A DNA stretch of 64,000 bases from contig CAVTNR010000012.1 of assembly GCA_963736115.1 (NCBI GenBank), positions 256,001 to 320,000 of the forward strand, given 5' to 3'. Positions 9,928-20,893 of the stretch are shown here, piece by piece. Under the pieces are notes generated by a model. That model saw only the letters and a program-made list of their open reading frames with translations, was not told the DNA's origin and searched no databases. The translations under genes were made by a program, and so were the position numbers. This DNA is from an uncultured bacterium (GTDB lineage: Bacteria; Zhuqueibacterota; QNDG01; DTFT01). Within the stretch, counting starts at the first letter, position 1. The number at the start of each line of letters is the position of its first letter.

Positions 9928-11643
9928 TTGAACCGGCGTTCTTCCTCGACACTCAGGAAGGTCCTGATGGCTTTCGGCATTCGAACCGGTCCCGGGAGCG
10001 GCCCCCAGCTCCTCCGGAGATTTCCAAAGTGGCTGGCGGCCGCCGTGCTGTATGGAATCGCATGGCACCCGTTTCATGGAATCCCTCTCGCGTTCCTGGC
10101 CTGGTTCGCGTTCGTACCCCTCTTCGCCGATCTCGAAAGCCGGAAGTCGTTTCCGGCCTTTTATTCACGGTCCCTTCTCTTCTCCGTTGTCGCCTACGTC
10201 ATCGGTTGTCACGGCTTTTTGATCACCGCGCGCAGGCTCCCGACCATTTTTGCCGGCGCCGCCTCCGAGCTGTTTCTGACGTCGATTCCCTTCGCCCTGA
10301 TCTATCCGCTCAAAAAGCGATACGGTTTCAAGGCGGCGCTGACGGCCCTCCCATTTGTCATCGCGTCGTGGGAATGGGCGTACCAGCGCCTGGAGCATAC
10401 CACCGGATACCTGATGCTCTCCAACTCCCAGTCCGGCTTCACATGGCTGATACAGTACATCGACATTCTGGGCGTCTGGTCCATCGCCTGCTGGGTGACG
10501 GCGTTCAATGTTCTGATTTATTTCCGGTATCAAAAACCCACGGCACGCTCCGGACCGCGGCCGGTCCGGAAAGATTTCATCTTCATCGTTCTCGCCATGA
10601 CCATCCCCCCGTTGTGTTACGCCGCGCTCAGTCGCTTCAGGGCCTCTGGAAAACCGGCACAGGAAATCAGCGTCACCCAGATCCACACGCGGTTCGGCGT
10701 TCCGGAGGGTGCTCCGGACGAGTGGGCGGATCAGATCGAAAGGCTGACGTTTCTGACCGATTCGGCGGATTACGAGCTCAAGCGTAACCGGCTGGGAAGC
10801 GATTTGATCGTGTGGCCCGAAGGAGCGATCGACCGGGGCAATGATAAAAATGTCGTCGCGTTCCTGGATTCCGCGGTGAACGACTGGAACACCCCGCTTC
10901 TGGCCGGGATGAGGTGCGTCCCGGCCGGTGCCGGCCCGTCCGACCTCCGGAAAGTGAACCGCGCCGCGCTTTTTACGCCAGGCCTTCACGGTCGGAATCC
11001 GGTCCGGTTTTACGACAAAGTCAGGCTGTTCCCGGTTCACGAACGGATCCCATACCACGAGATTCTGGCCAAAATCCCGCGCTTCCCGATTCTCTTGAAC
11101 GACCCATCCTATACCAGGAAAGGGGATGGAATCAGGCTGATCGAATTCGGAACGGCTCGCTGCGGAACGGTCCGGATCGGGACGCCCATCTGCCAGGAGC
11201 AGAATGATCCGAAAATCTGGAGCGAAATGGCACTTGCCGGAGCCCGATGTTTCATTCAGTTGTCGTCTGAATCCTGGTGGACCCTCGAATCCTTCAAGAG
11301 ACAGATGGCCGGCATCACGGCGTTGCGATGCATCGAAACGCGCAGAAGCGCGGCGCGCTGTTCGAATCACGGCGTCACGGCATTCATCGATGCGTGGGGC
11401 CGGGTCTACGCGCGGGCCGGAGACGGGGAAGGCGCGGCCCGGGCGGCTCTCCGGCTGGGGGACGACGGCCTTACCTTTTTTACCCGGCACCCGAACGCGT
11501 TCCCCCTGTTTTGCCTGTTGATGACCGCCGCGATCACGGCCTGTTTCGAAGTCCGAAAAATTTCCGCCGCGCGGCGCATCCCGCTTCGGGACGCTCCAAA
11601 ACCGTTCGAAAAAAAGTATAAGAAAAGGAGAGGACAATGCTGA
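9928..11643 (+). CDS. lnt: Apolipoprotein N-acyltransferase (Lnt-like)
   Basis: Multi-TM N-terminus; nitrilase triad WPEG / YDKVRLFP / PICQE; LRCIETRR...SNHGVTAFID. Confidence 0.8.
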   Translation: MNRRSSSTLRKVLMAFGIRTGPGSGPQLLRRFPKWLAAAVLYGIAWHPFHGIPLAFLAWFAFVPLFADLESRKSFPAFYSRSLLFSVVAYVIGCHGFLITARRLPTIFAGAASELFLTSIPFALIYPLKKRYGFKAALTALPFVIASWEWAYQRLEHTTGYLMLSNSQSGFTWLIQYIDILGVWSIACWVTAFNVLIYFRYQKPTARSGPRPVRKDFIFIVLAMTIPPLCYAALSRFRASGKPAQEISVTQIHTRFGVPEGAPDEWADQIERLTFLTDSADYELKRNRLGSDLIVWPEGAIDRGNDKNVVAFLDSAVNDWNTPLLAGMRCVPAGAGPSDLRKVNRAALFTPGLHGRNPVRFYDKVRLFPVHERIPYHEILAKIPRFPILLNDPSYTRKGDGIRLIEFGTARCGTVRIGTPICQEQNDPKIWSEMALAGARCFIQLSSESWWTLESFKRQMAGITALRCIETRRSAARCSNHGVTAFIDAWGRVYARAGDGEGAARAALRLGDDGLTFFTRHPNAFPLFCLLMTAAITACFEVRKISAARRIPLRDAPKPFEKKYKKRRGQC

Positions 11644-12935
11644 CCAAGGACCCGGCATTCCGCATGCGAAGAAGCGGCCGACCAGCGAGGCGCTCCGTTC
11701 TGCCTTCCCTCCTGCTATTCCTCCTGATGCGGTCCGCGTCCTGGGGAATGACAACGGGAGCAGTGGGCAATATCAACGCCGCCAGCAACAACCAGGTGAA
11801 AGTCGGATTCGCAGATCCGTCCCGGTTGAACTCCGATCCTTCGGGGAGACATCTGCGCCGGACATTCAAACCCGTGACCGGTCCGGGCCGGATGGCCGGT
11901 CCGAACGTCCTGCCGAAACCGGGCGCGGACACGCCCATCGAGATCACGTATCAGGACCTGACAGCGGCATATGCCCTCGGCAACGACCTGGAATACAATT
12001 ATTCGGAGAACGAAGAGGGTTACGGAATGAATATCGGGTCGCCCGATACGCTCCACGCGCAGCACTGGGTGATGCCGGATTGTGAGCTGGAAGACTGGGA
12101 ATACGGAGAAGGCGTCGCGCCTTCCGGAACGCCGTACCGTGACCGGTTCCCCTCTGCGACCCACTGCAAGGTCTACGAATACGAGGATGAGAAGTATTAC
12201 GAGTACTACGAGTTCACGGAGCGGAGCGTCCGGCTCATCGGATTCGCGGATGTGGTCACCGAGGAGGACGAGGAGGAAGTCGATTTCGAGACGGTCGATT
12301 TACTGATCGCTCCGCTGACCCTGACGATCCATACGGCTTTCAACGCCTCCGATTCGGTGGTGTTCGATGACCGCCTGCACGTGTACGACGTCAAGATCAC
12401 TCCGTACGGATTCGGCACGCTCACGACCCCGGAGGGGGATCTGGAAGTGCTGGCCATGCTGAACGATTTCAATGAGCGGGTCTTCGAGGGTTCCGAGCTC
12501 GTCGAAGAGAACAAACAGCCCATCATTGTCTTTATCAGCAAGGAGGGCCATGAAGTTGACGTATGGCTCGAGGAAGATACGGAACCCGAGGGCGTTGTGG
12601 CGATCGACTGGCTCGAATACACGTGGATCGTGGACAATCAGAACAACGTCGAGACCGGAGACAGACTGCCTTCGGAGATGACCCTGTTCCAGAACTATCC
12701 GAACCCGTTCAATCCCGGCACGTTCATTCCGTTTGAACTGAAGAAAGCGGACCGGGTGTCCTTGAAAGTATATGATACGCTCGGGAAGGAAGTCGTCGAG
12801 GTATTCAACGGCGATAAACCCGCCGGAGTGCACGCAGTCCGATTCGATGGAGGCCGGCTACCCGCTGGAGTCTATTTTTATGAGCTGCGGACGAATCGGT
12901 CGAGATTGGCGAGAAAACTCACACTGATGAAATGA
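11637..12935 (+). CDS. Acidic secreted protein with Por/T9SS type-A C-terminal tail
   Basis: Signal peptide; C-terminus LFQNYPNPFNPGTFIPFEL...GVYFYEL...RKLTLMK. Confidence 0.8.
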   Translation: MLTKDPAFRMRRSGRPARRSVLPSLLLFLLMRSASWGMTTGAVGNINAASNNQVKVGFADPSRLNSDPSGRHLRRTFKPVTGPGRMAGPNVLPKPGADTPIEITYQDLTAAYALGNDLEYNYSENEEGYGMNIGSPDTLHAQHWVMPDCELEDWEYGEGVAPSGTPYRDRFPSATHCKVYEYEDEKYYEYYEFTERSVRLIGFADVVTEEDEEEVDFETVDLLIAPLTLTIHTAFNASDSVVFDDRLHVYDVKITPYGFGTLTTPEGDLEVLAMLNDFNERVFEGSELVEENKQPIIVFISKEGHEVDVWLEEDTEPEGVVAIDWLEYTWIVDNQNNVETGDRLPSEMTLFQNYPNPFNPGTFIPFELKKADRVSLKVYDTLGKEVVEVFNGDKPAGVHAVRFDGGRLPAGVYFYELRTNRSRLARKLTLMK

Positions 12936-13018
12936 GCGCCGGACAGGCAACTCCCTGTCCATCCGGATGGCTTGATGGGGTCCGCTTCATTGCGGTCCCG
13001 GACCTGAAAGAGAATGAT

Positions 13019-13052
13019 GGCCCGTGGCTTCCCAGCCACGGGCCTTTTGTTT
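13019..13052 (+). terminator. Rho-independent terminator
   Basis: GGCCCGTGGCT-TCCC-AGCCACGGGCC-TTTTGTTT. Confidence 0.85.
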
Positions 13053-13216
13053 CATAAAAGCGGGGTTGCAACCCCGCCCGTTTTGCCGGGCTGCGAATGA
13101 GGCATCAAAGCACACCCGGGGTGCGGAAACCCTGGTCGATCAGAGTATCAAATGGTTCAACATGTTCAGTATGTTATTGATTTTTTAATGTTTAAAATGA
13201 TTGATCAGGCTATGGC

Positions 13217-13265
13217 TTGACTTTTTCGATGATGTTAATTATATTACGACTATTCAGATCATAAT
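13217..13265 (+). promoter_or_regulatory. Sigma70 promoter with overlapping candidate Rrf2 operator
   Basis: TTGACT-17-TATATT; imperfect palindrome ATTACGA-N9-TCATAAT at 13243-13265. Confidence 0.6.
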
Positions 13266-13281
13266 TATCACGGTTTGAACT

Positions 13282-13737
13282 ATGAAAATTTCCTATAAAA
13301 CAGATTATGCCCTCAAAGCCATTCTGGACCTGGCTGTCCAGTCCGATTCGGGCAGGGCCATATCGATACCGGACATCGCGGGTCGCCAGGACATTCCCGT
13401 GCCTTTTCTCGAGCAGATCATGCTGCTCCTGAAAAAAGCGGGTGTCGTGCAGAGCAAGACGGGCAAGGGCGGCGGATTCTTTCTGCTGAAAAAGCCGGAG
13501 GAAATCACAGTCGGGGAAATCGTCCGGCTGATCGAAGGCCCCATCGAACCCATTGCCTGCGGCGTGCGGGGAGTCCCCTCCGGGTGCGCCGAGGAGGGAC
13601 GCTGCGCGTTCCGGGAGGTCTGGCTCAAGGTGGCGGACGCCGTGTCGGATGTCGTCGACGGCACCACCTTCGCCGACATCATGCGACGCGGCCGCGAATT
13701 GACGGATCAACGGGCCGAAGATCACTACGTCATCTGA
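13282..13737 (+). CDS. Rrf2-family regulator (CymR/IscR-like, three Cys)
   Basis: MKISYKTDYALKA...LEQIM...GKGGGF...VGEIVRLIEGP...C-x8-C-x5-C. Confidence 0.9.
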   Translation: MKISYKTDYALKAILDLAVQSDSGRAISIPDIAGRQDIPVPFLEQIMLLLKKAGVVQSKTGKGGGFFLLKKPEEITVGEIVRLIEGPIEPIACGVRGVPSGCAEEGRCAFREVWLKVADAVSDVVDGTTFADIMRRGRELTDQRAEDHYVI

Positions 13738-13768
13738 ACGGCGCGGACGCCGGACAAAGGAGACCCCC

Positions 13769-15058
13769 ATGTCGGACCATTACGCATTTGAAACCCTCGC
13801 CCTGCACGGCGGGCAGACCGTGGACCCCTCGACCCTGTCCCGGGGAGTACCGATTTACCGGACAAGCTCATACCTATTCAAAAACACGGAACACGCGGCA
13901 AACCTGTTCGCGCTCAAGGAGCTTGGGAACATCTACTCCCGCCTCATGAATCCCACCCACGACGTTCTGGAACAGCGGGTGAGCCTTCTGGAAGGCGGCG
14001 CGGCCTCGGTGGCCCTGGCCTCCGGTACAACGGCCATTTTCTATTCGATCATCAATCTGGCGGCTGCCGGGGACGAGATCGTTTCGTCCAACAACCTGTA
14101 CGGCGGTTCGTACACCATGTTCGACGCCATCTTGCCCCAGCTCGGCATCACCGTGAAGTTCGTCAAACCCGACCGGGTCGAAAACTTCGAGAAGGCGATC
14201 ACCGCGAAAACGAAGGCGGTGTTCATCGAGACGATCGGCAACCCGGTGCTCGATTTCACCGATGTGGCGGCCGTGGCCAAAATCGCCCACGACCGCGGCC
14301 TGCCTCTCATCGTGGACGGCACGTTCACAACCCCTTACCTGCTCCGGACCATCGATCACGGCGCCGACATTGTCGTCAATTCCCTGACGAAGTGGATGGG
14401 CGGCCACGGCACGGCCATCGGCGGCATCGTCACCGACGCGGGCCGGTTCGACTGGAAGAATCCGAAGTTCAGGCTGTACAACGAACCTGATCCGAATTAC
14501 CACGGGCTGAAGTGGGCGCACGATCTGCCCCCGGCCCTGGCGCCGATCGCCTTTGCCCTGCGGCTGAGAACCGTGCCGCTCCGGAACCTCGGCGCCTGCA
14601 CGTCTCCGGACAATGCCTGGATATTCCTGCAGGGGCTCGAAACGCTTCCGCTCCGGATGGAGCGGCATTGCGCCAATGCGCTGGCCGTGGCGGAGCACCT
14701 GAAAAATCATCCCAAGGCCGCCTGGGTCCGTTACCCGGGTCTGGATTCCGATCCCTCCCATCAAACGGCGAGCCGGTATCTGAAGAAGGGATTCGGCGGC
14801 ATGATCGTGTTCGGCGTGAAGGGGGGCCGCAGCGCGGGGGAAAAGTTCATCGAGAACCTGAAGTTGTTCTCGCACCTGGCCAATGTCGGTGACGCGAAGA
14901 GCCTCGCGCTTCATCCGGCGAGCACGTCCCACTCCCAGCTTTCTGAGGAGCAGCAGGCCGAGAGCGGTCTGACGCCGGAGCTGGTGCGATTGTCCATCGG
15001 CCTGGAGCATATCGATGATATCCTGGCGGACATCGACCAGGCCCTCTCAAAGACGTGA
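13769..15058 (+). CDS. metY: O-acetylhomoserine aminocarboxypropyltransferase/sulfhydrylase
   Basis: [21 protein letters not shown] lysine in [20 protein letters not shown]. Confidence 0.92.
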   Translation: MSDHYAFETLALHGGQTVDPSTLSRGVPIYRTSSYLFKNTEHAANLFALKELGNIYSRLMNPTHDVLEQRVSLLEGGAASVALASGTTAIFYSIINLAAAGDEIVSSNNLYGGSYTMFDAILPQLGITVKFVKPDRVENFEKAITAKTKAVFIETIGNPVLDFTDVAAVAKIAHDRGLPLIVDGTFTTPYLLRTIDHGADIVVNSLTKWMGGHGTAIGGIVTDAGRFDWKNPKFRLYNEPDPNYHGLKWAHDLPPALAPIAFALRLRTVPLRNLGACTSPDNAWIFLQGLETLPLRMERHCANALAVAEHLKNHPKAAWVRYPGLDSDPSHQTASRYLKKGFGGMIVFGVKGGRSAGEKFIENLKLFSHLANVGDAKSLALHPASTSHSQLSEEQQAESGLTPELVRLSIGLEHIDDILADIDQALSKT

Positions 15059-15072
15059 AGGAGGACGGACGC

Positions 15073-16029
15073 ATGCCGAATTATTTCGAGGACAACTCGC
15101 TGTCAATCGGCCGCACCCCCCTGGTGCGGCTGAACCGCATCACCGGAGGAAGCCGCGCCTTGATTCTCGCCAAAATCGAAGGCCGGAACCCTTCCTATTC
15201 CGTCAAATGCCGGGCCGGCGCGTCCATGATCTGGGACGCTGAGAAACGGGGCATACTCCGTCCGGGCATGGACCTCGTGGAGCCCACCAGCGGCAATACG
15301 GGCATCGCGCTCGCCTCAACGGCCGCCGCCCGCGGATACCGTCTCACGCTCACCATGCCCGAGACGATGAGCCTGGAACGCCGCAAAATACTAAAGGCGT
15401 TCGGCGCGAACCTGGTGCTCACCGAAGGCGCGAAGGGCATGTCAGGCGCGGTGGCCAAGGCGGAGGAAATCCAGGCAGCCGCGCCCGAGAGGACCGTTCT
15501 GCTCCAGCAGTTCCGGAATCCGGCCAATCCCGCGATCCACGAAAGCACCACCGGTCCGGAAATCTGGGAGGACACGGCAGGCGCCGTGGACGTTCTGGTG
15601 TGCGGCGTGGGCACAGGCGGCACCATCACGGGCACGTCCCGGTACATCAAAAAAAAACGGGGCAAGCCGATTCTATCCGTGGCCGTTGAGCCGGAGGCCA
15701 GCCCCGTTCTGTCTCAGACGCTCGCCGGGAGGCCCTTAAAACCCGGCCCGCACCGGATTCAGGGTCTCGGGGCCGGTTTCGTGCCGGAAGTGCTCGATCT
15801 ATCCCTGGTGGACCGGGTGGAAACCGTTTCGAACGAAGAGGCCATGGAATTCACGCGCCGTTTGGCGACCGAAGAAGGCATACTGGCCGGCATTTCCTCC
15901 GGAGCGGCGGTCGCCGCCGCGATCCGATTCGGCCGGGACCCGGCGGTTGCCGGAAAAACCGTGGTGGTGATACTCCCCGACTCGGGAGAACGCTACCTGT
16001 CCGCGGACCTGTTCGGGAACGGCGAATGA
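15073..16029 (+). CDS. cysK: Cysteine synthase A
   Basis: [38 protein letters not shown]; AGGAGG SD. Confidence 0.93.
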   Translation: MPNYFEDNSLSIGRTPLVRLNRITGGSRALILAKIEGRNPSYSVKCRAGASMIWDAEKRGILRPGMDLVEPTSGNTGIALASTAAARGYRLTLTMPETMSLERRKILKAFGANLVLTEGAKGMSGAVAKAEEIQAAAPERTVLLQQFRNPANPAIHESTTGPEIWEDTAGAVDVLVCGVGTGGTITGTSRYIKKKRGKPILSVAVEPEASPVLSQTLAGRPLKPGPHRIQGLGAGFVPEVLDLSLVDRVETVSNEEAMEFTRRLATEEGILAGISSGAAVAAAIRFGRDPAVAGKTVVVILPDSGERYLSADLFGNGE

Positions 16030-17174
16030 AAGCGGAATCGAAATCCTCCCCTTCCGGGCGTACGCGGCTTTTCACCTTCGGAGACAAGGCGTCCGGACTG
16101 CCGCTCGAATGCGGACGGGAAATCGGGCCCGTCACACTCGCCTACGAAACGTGGGGTGAATTGAACGGGAAGCGCGACAACGCGGTGCTTGTGTGTCACG
16201 CGTTTTCCGGAAACAGCCACGTGTCGTCCTGCGAAGATCCGGACGGATCGAGCCCCGGCTGGTGGGACGGCCTCGTCGGCCCGGGAAAGGCCGTGGACAC
16301 GGACCGCTATTTCGTGATCTGCTCGAACGTACTCGGCGGATGCGGCGGAAGTACGGGCCCCTCGTCCGTGAATCGGGCCACCGGCAAACCCTACGGCCTG
16401 GACTTCCCCGTCGTCACGATCAAGGACATGGTCGACGCGCAGCGACGCCTGATGGACCACCTCGGCATTGACCGGCTGCTGGCCGTCGCGGGCGGCTCCA
16501 TGGGCGGCATGCAGGCCCTTCAATGGGTGGCGTCCTACCCGGACCGCGTGCGGTCGGTCATTCCCATCGCCACCACGCTCAAGCATTCACCCCAGCAGAT
16601 CGCGCTCGACGAGGTCGGCCGCCAGGCGGTCATGGCAGATCCTGACTGGAACCGGGGTAATTATTACGGCAGCAAGCCCCCGGAAAAGGGCCTTGCCCTG
16701 GCGCGCATGATCGGTCACATCACCTACATGAGCGACCGCTCCATGGAGGACAAGTTCTCCCGCAAGCTGAAAGACGAAAAATACAGCTTCTCGTTTGCGA
16801 CGGACTTCGAGGTCGAAGGGTATCTGCGGTACCGCGGGGACAATTTCGTCAGGCGGTTCGACGCCAACTCGTACCTCTACATCACCAAGGCAATGGACTA
16901 TTTTGACCTCTCCGGCGACCGTCTGTTCGGCGGCGGCAGGTCCATCCGAACGCGATTTCTCGTCATCGCCTTCCATTCCGACTGGCTGTATCCGCTGTAT
17001 CAGTCGCGCGAGATCGTTCGCCTGCTGAAGATGCGCGGCGTGGATGCGACCTACTGCGAGATCAAATCCACGTACGGCCACGATGCATTCCTGCTGGAAA
17101 TCGAAGAGGAGGCCCGTCTGATCCGGCATTTCCTGGACAAGACGCACGATCTCGCAGCCCTGGAGGATGAATGA
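16026..17174 (+). CDS. metX: Homoserine O-acetyltransferase
   Basis: CHAFSG, GWWDG, GGSMGG nucleophile, RFDANSY, GHDAFL. Confidence 0.93.
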   Translation: MKAESKSSPSGRTRLFTFGDKASGLPLECGREIGPVTLAYETWGELNGKRDNAVLVCHAFSGNSHVSSCEDPDGSSPGWWDGLVGPGKAVDTDRYFVICSNVLGGCGGSTGPSSVNRATGKPYGLDFPVVTIKDMVDAQRRLMDHLGIDRLLAVAGGSMGGMQALQWVASYPDRVRSVIPIATTLKHSPQQIALDEVGRQAVMADPDWNRGNYYGSKPPEKGLALARMIGHITYMSDRSMEDKFSRKLKDEKYSFSFATDFEVEGYLRYRGDNFVRRFDANSYLYITKAMDYFDLSGDRLFGGGRSIRTRFLVIAFHSDWLYPLYQSREIVRLLKMRGVDATYCEIKSTYGHDAFLLEIEEEARLIRHFLDKTHDLAALEDE

Positions 17175-17755
17175 GGCTCGACCACCGGACCATCGCCGGG
17201 CTCATCGAACCGGGCACCCGCGTGCTCGACCTCGGGTGCGGGGACGGTGAACTGCTGGCGCGCCTGGCCGTGGACAAGAACGTCCGGGGCCAGGGAGTCG
17301 AAATCAGCGAGGAGGCCGTGTACCGGTGCGTGGAAAAGGGCGTCAGCGTTTACCACAGCGACATCGCGAGCGGACTGGAGGGATTCCCGGACCGCTCTTT
17401 CGACTATGCGATCCTCAACCAGAGCCTCCAGGAGGTGCGGAACATCGGTTTCGTCCTCGACGAGGCGCTGCGCGTCGCGGACCGAGCCGTGGTCGGTCTG
17501 CCGAATTTCGCCCATTTCCGGGCCCGCTTCACCCTGTTCCTCCGAGGCCGGGCGCCGGTCACGCCGTCCCTCCCCTACGACTGGTCCGACTCCCCGAACG
17601 TGCGGTTCATGAGCATGGCGGATTTCCGCGCGTTCTGCCGCAGGCGGGGATTCCGGATCCTGAAATCGGAATACCTGGGCGTCGGGCGACGCGTCCGGCT
17701 GTGGCCGAATCTCTTCGCGTCGAACGGGATTTTTCTGATAGAGAAAAGTTCATAG
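17171..17755 (+). CDS. metW: Methionine biosynthesis protein MetW
   Basis: [25 protein letters not shown]; directly follows metX. Confidence 0.9.
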   Translation: MRLDHRTIAGLIEPGTRVLDLGCGDGELLARLAVDKNVRGQGVEISEEAVYRCVEKGVSVYHSDIASGLEGFPDRSFDYAILNQSLQEVRNIGFVLDEALRVADRAVVGLPNFAHFRARFTLFLRGRAPVTPSLPYDWSDSPNVRFMSMADFRAFCRRRGFRILKSEYLGVGRRVRLWPNLFASNGIFLIEKSS

Positions 17756-17856
17756 ATCAATGAAAGAAGCGCCGGGTTTCGAGTCCCGGGTTCCGGGCTG
17801 TAATAATCAGCGAATCACGAAACTCACATTCCACTCTTCGGAAGCCTTTTTGATTC

Positions 17857-17912
17857 TTGACTTTTATCCCCCGATCGCCTACCTTAACATAAGAAAATTC
17901 GGGACGCCCAAA
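17857..17912 (+). promoter_or_regulatory. mntH promoter plus DtxR/MntR-like operator candidate
   Basis: TTGACT-17-TACCTT; palindrome TTCGGG-ACG-CCCAAA at 17898-17912. Confidence 0.5.
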
Positions 17913-17925
17913 CCTCCGGACACCC

Positions 17926-19173
17926 ATGAAATGGCTCAGTAAAACCGGCCACCGCCCGTCCCTGGGCGGCCTGGAAATACTGAAATACATCGGCCCCGGC
18001 CTGCTCGTAACCGTGGGATTCATCGATCCCGGCAACTGGGCCTCCAATCTGGCCGCGGGCGCCTCGCACGGATACGCGCTCCTGTGGATGGTGACCCTGT
18101 CCACTCTGATGCTGATCGTCCTCCAGCACAACGTCGCCCATCTCGGCATCGCGAGCGGACTGTGCCTCTCCGAGGCGGCCACCCTCCACCTGCCGGCGGC
18201 CGTGTCCCGTCCCGTCCTCGTCTCGGCCGGCTTCGCCGCCGTTTCCACGGCTTTAGCCGAACTCCTGGGCGGCGCCATCGCCCTGAACATGCTGTTTCGC
18301 ATCCCCCTGCGGATCGGCGCCGCCGCGGTTTTCGCCCTGGTCCTCGTGATGCTGCTGACCAATTCCTACAAAAGGCTCGAGCGTTGGATCATCGGTTTCG
18401 TTTCCCTCATCGGCCTCGCGTTCGTTTACGAGCTCACGCTTGTGCGAATCCCCTGGGGCGAGGCAGCTTCCGGGTGGGTCACCCCCAGTCTGCCGGCCGG
18501 CTCCATCCCCATCGTGATGGCCGTACTCGGCGCGGTCGTCATGCCGCACAACCTCTTCCTGCATTCCGAGATCATCCAGAGCCGCCAATGGAACCTGGAG
18601 GATGACCGCGTCATTCATCGACAGCTGAAATACGAATTCGCCGACACCCTTCTTTCCATGATCGTCGGCTGGGCGATCAACAGCGCGATGATCCTGCTCG
18701 CCGCGGCGACGTTTTTCGGACGGGGTATTCCCGTCGACGAGCTTCAGCAGGCGGGCCGCATGCTCGAACCGCTCCTCGGTTCCGCCGCGTCGGCCGTGTT
18801 CGCCGTGGCCCTTCTGTTCGCCGGACTTTCATCCAGCATGACCGCCGCGCTGGCGGGCGGCTCCATCTTCGCCGGCGCCTTCGGCGAGCCCTACGACATT
18901 CGGGACACGCACACCCGCACCGGCGTGGTTCTCACGATGGCCGGCGCCCTGGCGGTCATTTTCTTCATCCGGGACCCCTTCAAGGGATTGATTTATTCGC
19001 AGATGGCGCTGAGCGTCCAGCTTCCGATCACGATTTTCACCCAGATCCGGCTGACCTCGTCTTCCGCCGTCATGGGCGGACACGTCAACACGAAGGCGAC
19101 CATCGGCCTGCTCCTGGCCATCGGTCTGCTCGTCACCGGCCTGAATGTCATGCTGCTGATCCATTATTTATAG
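17926..19173 (+). CDS. mntH: Nramp divalent metal (Mn2+/Fe2+) transporter
   Basis: GFIDPGNW and VMPHNLFLHS signatures; about 11 TM segments. Confidence 0.92.
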   Translation: MKWLSKTGHRPSLGGLEILKYIGPGLLVTVGFIDPGNWASNLAAGASHGYALLWMVTLSTLMLIVLQHNVAHLGIASGLCLSEAATLHLPAAVSRPVLVSAGFAAVSTALAELLGGAIALNMLFRIPLRIGAAAVFALVLVMLLTNSYKRLERWIIGFVSLIGLAFVYELTLVRIPWGEAASGWVTPSLPAGSIPIVMAVLGAVVMPHNLFLHSEIIQSRQWNLEDDRVIHRQLKYEFADTLLSMIVGWAINSAMILLAAATFFGRGIPVDELQQAGRMLEPLLGSAASAVFAVALLFAGLSSSMTAALAGGSIFAGAFGEPYDIRDTHTRTGVVLTMAGALAVIFFIRDPFKGLIYSQMALSVQLPITIFTQIRLTSSSAVMGGHVNTKATIGLLLAIGLLVTGLNVMLLIHYL

Positions 19174-19258
19174 GAAACCGGACGGAGGACGGCGCGTCCC
19201 TTGAACGGCGGGACGGAAATGCGAACGTCCTCCGGCGACTGGAAAAATCGGCGGAGTC

Positions 19259-20893
19259 ATGAATTCCCCCCACGACGAAAAGCAACCGCGGGCTTCATCG
19301 GAGCGGCTGACCCGCGTTCTGGGCGCCCTGAACGAGTTGTCCAAGGCCCCGTCTTTGGACGTGTTGTGCCGCCGGGCCATGGAACTGGCCATCGACCGGC
19401 TGGGCTTCGACCGCATCGGCATATGCTTTCTGTCGGAAGACCATCAGACTGTGCTGGGCGTCTACGGGACGAATGAAGCCGGCCGCCTTCGGGATGAACG
19501 GCATCTGCGGCGGCCCCTCCGGACAACGCCCACCGTCAGGAAACTTCTTGACAACCCCGCGTCCGTTCTCTTCTTCGAAAACGAGGTCCTTTACAACGAC
19601 AAGGTGGAGAAGGTCGGAATCGGCGACCATGCGGTGGCCAGCCTCTGGAACGGCGAGGAAATCATCGGCATTCTCGCCGTGGATAACCTGATCCGCCGAA
19701 AACCCATCGACGGGCAGGATCTGGAAATCCTCGAATTGTACGCGACTGCGCTGGGGCATCTCTGCACGCTGAAAAGGACGGAAGAGGCGCTCCGGGACAG
19801 TGAGAGCCGCTTCCGCGCGCTTTTCGAGCAGGCGGCCGTGGGCGTGGCTCAAACCGAGGCGAATAGCGGTAAAATACTGAAGGTCAACCGCCGGTTCGGT
19901 TCCATCGTCGGATACTCGGCGGAGGAACTCCAGGGACGCGCCCTTGAGGAACTCGCCTTTCCCCCGAACCCGGAGGTTCGCGGGGCGGACCGGCGGTTTG
20001 TCATCAACGGCAAGTCGGGCGAACAATCCGAGGACGTGCAGATGCTCCACCGGGACGGAACGCCCGTCTGGGTTCATCTGACCTTGTCTGCGATGGAATC
20101 CGGCGATGCGGGTTCCCAATACAGCATTGCGGTGGCTCAGGACATCACCTCTCGCAAGCGGATGGAGGACCGGATCCGGACCGACATCCGGGAAAAAAAC
20201 ACGCTTCTTCAGGAAGTGCACCACCGGGTCAAAAACAACATGCAGATCATCGTAAGCCTGCTCAACCTCCAGGCGTCCCCGATGCACAATCATGGCCTCA
20301 GGGAAAGCTTCAAGGCCGTCACAAGCCGCATCCATTCCATGGCCCTGGTTCACGAGATGCTGTACCAGTCGAAGGATCTGTCCGTCGTTCTGTTTGACCA
20401 GTACATTGAACGTCTGGTGAAGGGCCTTTTCCATTCCTTCGGAGCCGATTCCGGTCGGATCGGACTGGAAATGAACCTGGAGCCGATTCCATTGAAGGTC
20501 GACCACGCCATCCCCTGCGGCCTGATCGTGCAGGAACTCGTCACCAACGCGTTGAAATACGCGTTCCCGGCCGGCTGGACCGGAAAACCGGTCATCCGGA
20601 TCGGTTTCGGTAGGGTGGATCAGGAAATCGAATTGAGCGTGGCCGATAACGGCATCGGAATGCCGGTCGTCACGGACATTGACGGCCTGAAATCGCTGGG
20701 CTTCAGGCTGATCCACATGCTGGGCCGGGTTCAACTGCACGGGACAATCCGGGTCGAAGGAACAGAAGGAACGCGGATCCGTCTGCGGTTCAAAGAGACG
20801 AAGAAGCGGGATGCCGCGTCCGGCCCCCGGTCTTCGCTCCCGGCTCCGGGACGTCCCGATCCTGCCGCCGGTAAAAGCCCGAAAGAATCCTGA
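19259..20893 (+). CDS. GAF-PAS sensor histidine kinase (HisKA_2 type)
   Basis: SESRFRALFE PAS, EVHHRVKNNMQ H-box, ELVTNALKYAF, DNGIGM, SLG. Confidence 0.9.
   Translation: MNSPHDEKQPRASSERLTRVLGALNELSKAPSLDVLCRRAMELAIDRLGFDRIGICFLSEDHQTVLGVYGTNEAGRLRDERHLRRPLRTTPTVRKLLDNPASVLFFENEVLYNDKVEKVGIGDHAVASLWNGEEIIGILAVDNLIRRKPIDGQDLEILELYATALGHLCTLKRTEEALRDSESRFRALFEQAAVGVAQTEANSGKILKVNRRFGSIVGYSAEELQGRALEELAFPPNPEVRGADRRFVINGKSGEQSEDVQMLHRDGTPVWVHLTLSAMESGDAGSQYSIAVAQDITSRKRMEDRIRTDIREKNTLLQEVHHRVKNNMQIIVSLLNLQASPMHNHGLRESFKAVTSRIHSMALVHEMLYQSKDLSVVLFDQYIERLVKGLFHSFGADSGRIGLEMNLEPIPLKVDHAIPCGLIVQELVTNALKYAFPAGWTGKPVIRIGFGRVDQEIELSVADNGIGMPVVTDIDGLKSLGFRLIHMLGRVQLHGTIRVEGTEGTRIRLRFKETKKRDAASGPRSSLPAPGRPDPAAGKSPKES

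Noticed and set aside
13053-13281. SAM riboswitch or T-box before the met/cys operon
   Set aside because: No SAM-I or T-box core sequences were seen, and the best promoter leaves only about 30 nt of leader.
17756-17925. yybP-ykoY Mn riboswitch or the 60-aa ORF 17760-17942 before mntH
   Set aside because: The promoter sits about 40 nt from the ATG and no riboswitch core is visible. The ORF spans promoter and repeat DNA.
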